Source: an uncultured Lachnospiraceae bacterium
GTDB lineage: Bacteria; Bacillota; Clostridia; Oscillospirales; CAG-272
Length of the DNA: 64,000 nucleotides
NCBI GenBank assembly: GCA_964490165.1
Contig: CAZBAR010000002.1
Coordinates: 6,064 to 70,063 of the forward strand
Reading direction: 5' to 3'
A program made the translations under genes and the position numbers. The notes beneath the pieces were generated by a model, which had not been told where the DNA came from, searched no databases, and worked only from the letters and a program-made list of their open reading frames with translations. How positions within the stretch are numbered: position 1 is the first letter of the stretch; every line of letters begins with the position of its first letter. Of the stretch, positions 57,265 to 64,000 are shown one piece after another.

Positions 57265-58689
57265 ATGTATATAGACGAATTGACCGACATATCGAAAACC
57301 TACTGTAATCCCACGCCGCTGCCCGATTATCCCATCGGGCGGTGGTGCTACGATGAGGATCCGCCCATACGGTGCGATTACAGGGAGACTGCAGATCCGT
57401 CCGTAATATACGAGGATGGAAAGTGGTATCTTTATCCCTCCTGTGGAATGGCATATTATACAGAGGACTTTATACACTGGAAGCATCATAAAATGGAGCC
57501 TTACGACTGCGGCTATGCGCCTACTGTCGTAAAGCATAAGGGCAGATTTTATCTTCTCGCCTGCTCATCGGAGCTTTATGTTTCCGATGACCCGTTGGGA
57601 CCCTTTAAGACCCTCGGTCCGCTTCGCGCCCCCGATGGAGAGGCGGTATATGCCGATGATCCGATGCTGTTTTCCGACGATGACGGACGACTGTATCTTT
57701 ACTGCGGCATGGGCGGCGCTATCAGCGCGGCTGAGCTTGACAGCGATGATCCCGTGCAGCTTAAAGAGCCTCTTCGCGTAATGTTTACATCAAACACTGC
57801 GGAGCATGGCTGGGAGCGCATGGGAGAATGGAACGAGGACGATTCCTACAGTTGGACAGAGGGATCGTGGATGTACAAGAAAACCGGCATATATTATCTT
57901 ACGTACAGCGCGCCCGGTACTGAATGGTCGACCTATGCAATGGGCGCGTACAAATCAGAGGCGCCTATGGGTCCGTGGGAATATATGAAAACAAATCCGT
58001 TTCTTACCAAGCGTGACGGCATTGTCCGCGGTCCCGGTCACGGCTGCATCGTGGACGGACCGAACAATACTATATGGGCGTTTTACACCTGCTGTATGTG
58101 CTACGGCGGAAAGTTTGAGAGGCGTATCGGATACGATCCCGTGGGGATTGACGAAAACGGCGATCTTTATGCCGAAGCAACGGAGATCCCGCAGCTCGCC
58201 CCCGGAGTGCTGCCGAATCCCGAGCAGTGCAACGCTTTCGGAATTGTTCCGCTTACTCAGAATAAGCGCGTATATTCCGAGTCTTCAATGGCTCCCGGAC
58301 GCGACGGCTGCTACGCTATTGATGACAGCATGATAACATGGTGGCAGCCTGCACCTGACGATGCGGCTCCCACTCTTACGGTAGAGCTGTCGGCTGCGGG
58401 ACTTGAAATATATTCGGCGCGCATTATATGGCGAGACGTGGGACTTGATATTAAAAAGGGCTTTATGCCGGGTGCTTTCGGTTACAAGATCGAGGCTCTC
58501 GGTATGAATGATGAATGGGTTTGCGTGCTTGATAAAAGCGACAACCGTGAGGATATGTGTATTGACTACAATCCTGTAGAGCATATGCGTGCAAAATCCG
58601 TAAGACTTTGCATAATGTCGTCACCTGAGCATATTGAGCCGGGAGTAGTTAATTTTACTGTTTTCGGCAGCTGCAAGCCTATTTTATAG
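57265..58689 (+). CDS. Second tandem GH43-family glycoside hydrolase
   Basis: Paralog of the preceding gene, same length and motifs (ADPSV, DPMLF, EGSW, GPGHG). Confidence 0.85.
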   Translation: MYIDELTDISKTYCNPTPLPDYPIGRWCYDEDPPIRCDYRETADPSVIYEDGKWYLYPSCGMAYYTEDFIHWKHHKMEPYDCGYAPTVVKHKGRFYLLACSSELYVSDDPLGPFKTLGPLRAPDGEAVYADDPMLFSDDDGRLYLYCGMGGAISAAELDSDDPVQLKEPLRVMFTSNTAEHGWERMGEWNEDDSYSWTEGSWMYKKTGIYYLTYSAPGTEWSTYAMGAYKSEAPMGPWEYMKTNPFLTKRDGIVRGPGHGCIVDGPNNTIWAFYTCCMCYGGKFERRIGYDPVGIDENGDLYAEATEIPQLAPGVLPNPEQCNAFGIVPLTQNKRVYSESSMAPGRDGCYAIDDSMITWWQPAPDDAAPTLTVELSAAGLEIYSARIIWRDVGLDIKKGFMPGAFGYKIEALGMNDEWVCVLDKSDNREDMCIDYNPVEHMRAKSVRLCIMSSPEHIEPGVVNFTVFGSCKPIL

Positions 58690-58713
58690 AATTTTGAACG
58701 AGAGGTGATAATT

Positions 58714-60045
58714 TTGGCATACACCTTTAAGGGCGGCATCCGTCCTGATGAGCATAAGTATACTAAAAATTCTCCTATAGAACGAGTCAGCGATCCTTCG
58801 GAGGTTTCCATTGCGCTGACACAGCACGTCGGCATAATGTGCCGCCCTGCGGTAAAGGTCGGAGACCATGTCGACGAGGGACAGCTTATCGGAAGCATCC
58901 CCGGCGGACTGGGATGTCCCGTTCACTCCAGTGTCTCGGGAACGGTGTTAAGAATTGAGGATGTGACCACAGCGTGGGGCGGAACGTCCTACAACATCGT
59001 TATAAAAAACGACGGACTGCACACCATGTCATCGGAGGTGCAGCCATTCGGTAAAAAAATGTCGGAGGCAAGCTCAGACGAGATAATTGCCGCAGTCAGA
59101 AACGCGGGGATTGCAGGTATGGGCGGTACCGCCTTTCCGACTCATGCAAAGCTTTCGGCTGCAAGGGGCAAGGTAGACCGCGTTATTGTAAACTGCCTTG
59201 AAAGCGAGCCGTTTGTGTGCGCTAATCACAGAATAATTTTAGAGGATACTGCGGCTTTTATTAACGGCGTTAAAATTATGATGATGGCGCTGGGTGTACG
59301 CGAAGCATGGCTTGCCGTTAGCGAGGACAGACGCGACGAAATATCGGCGCTGAATGACGCTATAGCCAAGAGTCAGCTTATATCGGTAAAGAAGGTCACG
59401 TCAAAATATCCTGCCGGCAGTGAAAAGCAGCTTGTGAGCGCACTGGCGGGCAAGGAGATCAAGGAGGGAAGAACTCCTGTTGACGAGGGTTATGTTGTGT
59501 TTAACGCAGAAACCTGCAAGGCTGTTTATGACGCTATTGCAAAGGGTATGCCTCTTTGCCACAGAGTTGTTACGGTCGACGGCGACTGCATCACACGTCC
59601 TGCAAACCTGCTTGTTCCCATAGGCACACCTGTAAGCCACCTTATTGATTATTGCGGCGGCCTTTGCGCTGAGCCGAAAAAGATCATTATGGGCGGCCCT
59701 ATGATGGGTCAGGCTGCATGGGATCCTAAAACGCCTGTAACAAAAAATACTTCCGCCGTGCTTGTATTCAGCAAGTATTTTGACCGTGAGTCAAAGCTTC
59801 CCTCAGCGTGCATTCGCTGCGGAAGATGTATAAGCGCTTGTCCTATGAAGCTTATGCCGCTGAAGATCGCAGCTCTTGCCGGAAAGGGAAGAATAGATGA
59901 GTGTGAGTCTCTCGGCGCTGCTTCCTGTATGGAGTGCGGATCATGTACATATGTATGTCCCGGCGGAGTACCTGTTGCCCAGATGGTAGGACGGGCAAAA
60001 TCGTCAATTCTTGCAAAAAGGAGAAACGCCGTTGCCGGCAAGTAG
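58714..60045 (+). CDS. rnfC: Rnf complex subunit C
   Basis: TFKGG, HSSVSG, GMGG.AFPT, GGPMMG, CIRCGRC..ACP, CMECGSC..VCP; TTG start after AGAGGTGA. Confidence 0.92.
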   Translation: MAYTFKGGIRPDEHKYTKNSPIERVSDPSEVSIALTQHVGIMCRPAVKVGDHVDEGQLIGSIPGGLGCPVHSSVSGTVLRIEDVTTAWGGTSYNIVIKNDGLHTMSSEVQPFGKKMSEASSDEIIAAVRNAGIAGMGGTAFPTHAKLSAARGKVDRVIVNCLESEPFVCANHRIILEDTAAFINGVKIMMMALGVREAWLAVSEDRRDEISALNDAIAKSQLISVKKVTSKYPAGSEKQLVSALAGKEIKEGRTPVDEGYVVFNAETCKAVYDAIAKGMPLCHRVVTVDGDCITRPANLLVPIGTPVSHLIDYCGGLCAEPKKIIMGGPMMGQAAWDPKTPVTKNTSAVLVFSKYFDRESKLPSACIRCGRCISACPMKLMPLKIAALAGKGRIDECESLGAASCMECGSCTYVCPGGVPVAQMVGRAKSSILAKRRNAVAGK

Positions 60046-60050
60046 ATTTT

Positions 60051-61070
60051 ATGAGCGATAATAAAAATATGCCTGTGCCGAAACGCGGAGACGGAAAGAG
60101 AAATTATTTTCTGCCCGAGCTTTTAAGCGTTTCGCCTGCACCGCATATAAGATGTCTTGATACAACGCGCAGTGTTATGCTTGACGTTATATTTGCGCTG
60201 CTGCCCGCGGCAGCGTGGGGAATTTTCACTTTCGGCGTGCGAGCCTTGCTTATAATACTTATAAGCGTAGCTGTCAGTGTTGCTGCTGAGGCGGCATATC
60301 AGGCACTGTGCGGCAAGGTAGTGACCGTTTCCGATCTGTCAGCAGTGGTAACAGGCCTTATACTCGGTCTTTCAATGCCGTCGGGAGTAGCTCTTTGGGT
60401 TCCTGCCGTTGGCGCTGTTTTTGCTATCGTTGCGGTAAAGCAGGTCTTCGGAGGCATAGGAAAGAATATTGTAAACCCTGCCATTGCGGCAAGAGTATTT
60501 TTGATGCTTTGCTGGCCTGATCAGATGGTAAAATATGTGGATATAAGCACTGATCTTGTTTCGTCGGCAACACCTCTTACAGCACTGGAAAGCGGTGTTG
60601 TACCTACAGAAACCGTTTTCAGATGTGTTGTGGGCAACATATCAGGTTCTATAGGAGAGGTTTCTGCCATCGCGCTTTTTGCAGGCTTTATATACCTGCT
60701 TTTGCGCCGCGTAGTTTCATGGCAGCTGCCTGTGGGCTTTGTAGGCGTTGTAGTGCTTTGCTCTCTGGCTTTCCCCATTACGGGAGATGTCAACGCGTCT
60801 CTGCTTTATCAGCTGTTCTGTGGCGGACTTCTGTTTACGGCTCTTATTGCGGCAAACGATTTTACAACTACTCCCGTTACAAAATGGGGCAAGCTTCTGT
60901 TCGGTATCGGCTGCGGAATAGTAACGGTCGTGATCCGTTACTTCGGAGCATATCCTGAAGGCACAGCCTTTGCCGTAATGCTGATGAACCTTTTAACTCC
61001 TTTATTTGAGCGCTGGACTATGCCCGTGCGCTTCGGTAAAAAAAGCGGAAAAGGGGGAAGCGTACAGTGA
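60051..61070 (+). CDS. rnfD: Rnf complex subunit D
   Basis: APHI, KQVFGG.GKN..NPA, SSATPL (FMN-Thr), G.IGEVS, YPEG.AFA. Confidence 0.92.
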   Translation: MSDNKNMPVPKRGDGKRNYFLPELLSVSPAPHIRCLDTTRSVMLDVIFALLPAAAWGIFTFGVRALLIILISVAVSVAAEAAYQALCGKVVTVSDLSAVVTGLILGLSMPSGVALWVPAVGAVFAIVAVKQVFGGIGKNIVNPAIAARVFLMLCWPDQMVKYVDISTDLVSSATPLTALESGVVPTETVFRCVVGNISGSIGEVSAIALFAGFIYLLLRRVVSWQLPVGFVGVVVLCSLAFPITGDVNASLLYQLFCGGLLFTALIAANDFTTTPVTKWGKLLFGIGCGIVTVVIRYFGAYPEGTAFAVMLMNLLTPLFERWTMPVRFGKKSGKGGSVQ

Positions 61071-62209
61071 AGGACGATATTTTCAATATAGATGACAGTG
61101 ATGTGAATTCCAAGGCATCGCATCTGTCTGAGGATGAAATAAACTCGCCCGAATTTGATCCTGAAGATTTTGCGCCTGCTCCCGATAAGTCGGAGGACAA
61201 TAAAAATGACGACGGAGCGAGAGGCCGCAGAGCGGCAATGATATTTGCCGTTATTGCTGCGGTGTTTACTCTTATTATTGCTGCAATAGGCGCTCTCGGG
61301 AACGAGAAAATACAAAACAGTGACAGTGATGTCCGCAGAGATAAGGTTCTCGCTGCATTTGAAAATTGCAGCTATGCAAGATATTACAGCACCGTTGAGG
61401 ACTGTGACATCTATGCGGTGATCTACAAGGACAAGCTTGCGGGCTACGGTGTATACAAAACTGTCGGCGGCTTCGGCGGTGATATCGAAGTATTGGTGTG
61501 CTTTGACTCTGCCAATGCCGTAAGCGCTGTAAAGATCATTGGTGAAAACGAGTCTGACGGTCTCGGAGACAAGATAAAGAATAAAGGCTTCCTGTCAAAA
61601 TTTGTAGGACTGAATTCTGAAAATGCGTCGGATATCGGTGAAATTGACCTTATAAGCGGTGCTACCGTATCTTCAAGCGCTGTAAGAAGCGCTGTAAACG
61701 ATGTTATGAAGCTGGGTATCAGTTCCTTTGCCATTGCAAAGGATATGAATATTGAAACGATATCTCAAAGTGAGATCGACAGCGATATTGACAAGGATAA
61801 GGATCCTGATGAGACCTCCGATAAGGACAAGACCGACGAAACAACAAGATATGTTCCTGAGGTTACTACCGGTCCCGAGGATTCTTCAAAGCTTGACGGT
61901 GAGGCAGGCGGCGCCGGAAACAACAATAACGGCGACGACGATATGTCTGTGGACGTGAGTGATGTTACTACTGTTTACGAGACTGAGGGTGAGGACACCA
62001 CAGCAGAGGAAGAGGATGTGACTACAGCCGCTGATGATACTAAAGTAACAACTGCTCCTGTAACGACGACTGCTGAACCTGTAACAACTGAGCCTCCCGC
62101 TTCTTCTGAGCCTGAGGATACAGAGCCTGAGGATTCTACGGACGATGAAGGCGGCGATGAAGATACAAGAGAGCCTGTTGACAATTCGCAGAGCGATATA
62201 AATCAGTAA
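61067..62209 (+). CDS. rnfG: Rnf complex subunit G with long acidic extensions
   Basis: TM helix, GFGGDI, E..GLG, ISGATVSS (FMN-Thr); operon position. Confidence 0.82.
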   Translation: MKDDIFNIDDSDVNSKASHLSEDEINSPEFDPEDFAPAPDKSEDNKNDDGARGRRAAMIFAVIAAVFTLIIAAIGALGNEKIQNSDSDVRRDKVLAAFENCSYARYYSTVEDCDIYAVIYKDKLAGYGVYKTVGGFGGDIEVLVCFDSANAVSAVKIIGENESDGLGDKIKNKGFLSKFVGLNSENASDIGEIDLISGATVSSSAVRSAVNDVMKLGISSFAIAKDMNIETISQSEIDSDIDKDKDPDETSDKDKTDETTRYVPEVTTGPEDSSKLDGEAGGAGNNNNGDDDMSVDVSDVTTVYETEGEDTTAEEEDVTTAADDTKVTTAPVTTTAEPVTTEPPASSEPEDTEPEDSTDDEGGDEDTREPVDNSQSDINQ

Positions 62210-62219
62210 GGAGGTCGCT

Positions 62220-62864
62220 ATGGAGTTACTTTTGAAAACAAAGCTTAACAATGTGGGCGACCGCGCTATGCTGAAAATGCTTGTGGTCTGTCCTGCGCTT
62301 ATAATAACCACTACTCTGACAAGAGCGCTTTATATAAGCCTTGCAACGGCTCTTGTGCTGCTTATTTCAGAGCTTACAGTGTCGGTATTCAAGAAGCTGA
62401 TACCGCTGAAGCTGCGCGGTCTTGTATATCTTATGGTATGCGCTTTCTCTGCGTCGCTTGTACAGCTTCTGTTTCAGATATTCCTGCCGCTTGCGGCAAG
62501 TTCTCTCGGCGTATATTTGTCCATCCTTGCTGTAAGCAGCACTGTACTGATACGGATAGAGACTGCCGCAAAAAGCACTGTCGGTGCATCCGTGCTTGAC
62601 GCTTTGGTTTGCAGCGGAGTATTTGCCGCTTTAATGGCGGCTACAGGCTTTGTGCGCGAGCTTTTGGGAGCAGGAACGGTGTTTGCTCTTTCTGACGGAA
62701 CAGAGGGATTTACTATATTTGTCAATGCGCCACTGCCTATACTTTCAAGCACTGCCGGTGTTTTGATGATGGCGGCGCTGGGCGGAGCATTTTTCAAATA
62801 TCTGAAGCTGAGAAAAATAAAAAAGGCAGCCGAGGCGGCTGATGCTATGCAGGGAGGAATGTAA
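62220..62864 (+). CDS. rnfE: Rnf complex subunit E (divergent)
   Basis: CPAL..TT, IP...R, G.VRELLGAGT; operon position. Confidence 0.82.
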   Translation: MELLLKTKLNNVGDRAMLKMLVVCPALIITTTLTRALYISLATALVLLISELTVSVFKKLIPLKLRGLVYLMVCAFSASLVQLLFQIFLPLAASSLGVYLSILAVSSTVLIRIETAAKSTVGASVLDALVCSGVFAALMAATGFVRELLGAGTVFALSDGTEGFTIFVNAPLPILSSTAGVLMMAALGGAFFKYLKLRKIKKAAEAADAMQGGM

Positions 62865-62866
62865 TT

Positions 62867-63442
62867 ATGGGATCAATGATCATAGTTTTCAGTGCACTTC
62901 TTGCAGATAATCTGTTCTTTTCGCGGCTTTTCGGGGTAGAATCGTTTTTTGTCCCGTCACGCAAGTTATCCGATGCGGCTGCATACGGCGGCATCGTTAC
63001 CTTTGTAACAGTTCTTTCCGGCGCTGTGTCACTGGCACTTTATAACTTTGTATTTTCTCCGCTGAAATTAGGGGCAATTATGACTTTTATGTCTGTTTTG
63101 ATAATTTCGGCAGTGGTGTGCGGAGTTAATTTTGCTATCGGCAAGGCATCCGGAGGCAACAGGGCGAAATTTTCGGCAAGTCTGCCGATGATAACAACAA
63201 ACTGTGTAGTGCTCGGTTCTATAATGCTTGCAGTTGAAAATTCTCTTTCATACGGTATGTCTGTCTTGTATCTGCTGCTTGCGGGTGTAGGATTTACTCT
63301 TGCTATGCTGGTCTTCAGCTCTGTCAGAGAGCGTCTTGAATTGGCAGAGCCGCCTGAAAGCTTCAAGGGGCTGCCGATACTGCTTTTGTCTGCTTCCTTT
63401 GCGGCTATGGCTTTTGCCGGATTTTTCGGCTTCAGCTTCTGA
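62867..63442 (+). CDS. rnfA: Rnf complex subunit A (divergent)
   Basis: LPMITTNC.VLG, G.GF.LA..F..VRERL, P..FKG.PI, MAF.GF. Confidence 0.88.
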   Translation: MGSMIIVFSALLADNLFFSRLFGVESFFVPSRKLSDAAAYGGIVTFVTVLSGAVSLALYNFVFSPLKLGAIMTFMSVLIISAVVCGVNFAIGKASGGNRAKFSASLPMITTNCVVLGSIMLAVENSLSYGMSVLYLLLAGVGFTLAMLVFSSVRERLELAEPPESFKGLPILLLSASFAAMAFAGFFGFSF

Positions 63443-63453
63443 GGGGTAGAGTT

Positions 63454-64000
63454 ATGGTATTTGGAATAGTTATAGGTGCTGCAACGGTGCTTGTTATAGC
63501 ACTGATCGCCGCTGTATTTCAGACCTCTGCCGTCAACGGCGATGAGGTATCGGATATGGTCAAGACGGAAAAGATACTTGATTGCCTGGCGGGAGAAAAC
63601 TGCGGCGCTTGCGGATATGAGAGCTGCAGTCAGGCTGCTGCTGCTGTTGCCGCAGGCAAAGCTCCGTGCAGCGTGTGTCATGCGGGCGGTCAGACAACCG
63701 CACAGGCTGTCGGGGTTCTGACGGGCGCGGATGAGACCGATGCGGTCAGAATGAGAGCACAGGTAATGTGCTCAGGCAGCAACAGTACTGTAAGAAAAAA
63801 ATATATATATGAAAGCGGAGCCGAGGACTGCCTTGCTGCTATGAAGCTTGGCGGCGGCGATAAAGGCTGTAAGGCCGCGTGCGTCGGTATGGGAGATTGC
63901 AAGGCAGCCTGTCCCTTCGGTGCTATCAGCATATCAGACGGCGTTGCAAAAGTAGATTACAGGCTTTGCAAGGGATGCGGGAATTGTATTTCCGCGTGTC
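63454..64000 (+). CDS. rnfB: Rnf complex subunit B, partial (runs off window end)
   Basis: Manual translation from ATG 63454: TM, NCGACGYESC...C, C.AACVGMGDC..ACPFGAI, CKGCGNCISAC. Confidence 0.9.
   Translation, partial: MVFGIVIGAATVLVIALIAAVFQTSAVNGDEVSDMVKTEKILDCLAGENCGACGYESCSQAAAAVAAGKAPCSVCHAGGQTTAQAVGVLTGADETDAVRMRAQVMCSGSNSTVRKKYIYESGAEDCLAAMKLGGGDKGCKAACVGMGDCKAACPFGAISISDGVAKVDYRLCKGCGNCISAC

Overview
Chromosomal segment of a spore-forming clostridial bacterium (Bacillota; spoIIR, abrB, T-box and many consensus sigma-A promoters). The housekeeping backbone comprises folC (with a THF riboswitch), gatCAB, tRNA-Met and tRNA-Glu, rpsU, a Leu T-box leading rsfS-leuS, ilvE, nfnAB, putP, dgt-dnaG-sigA, moxR-DUF58-transglutaminase-mrnC, rubrerythrin, hom, a type II pantothenate kinase, an NTP-transferase-galE-galM operon and rnfCDGEAB (rnfB truncated). 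The best candidate for an undescribed system is 38.3-43.7 kb. There a gene for a (pseudo-TIR)-TIR-SEL1-TPR protein, with seven near-identical 47-aa repeats that vary at a few positions, sits inside a triplicated array of nucleoside hydrolases that differ mainly in predicted active-site loops. Other notable points are an Rnf complex whose RnfA/RnfE lack two of the four intramembrane Fe-S cysteines and whose RnfG has a long acidic tail, rsfS placed under a Leu T-box, an IS1182-like MITE with a 26-bp target duplication, an antisense tRNA-3'-end hairpin, and an in-frame internal start in an AraC gene. No CRISPR array, integrase, transposase or rRNA was seen. All calls come from motif recognition by eye; no searches were run.
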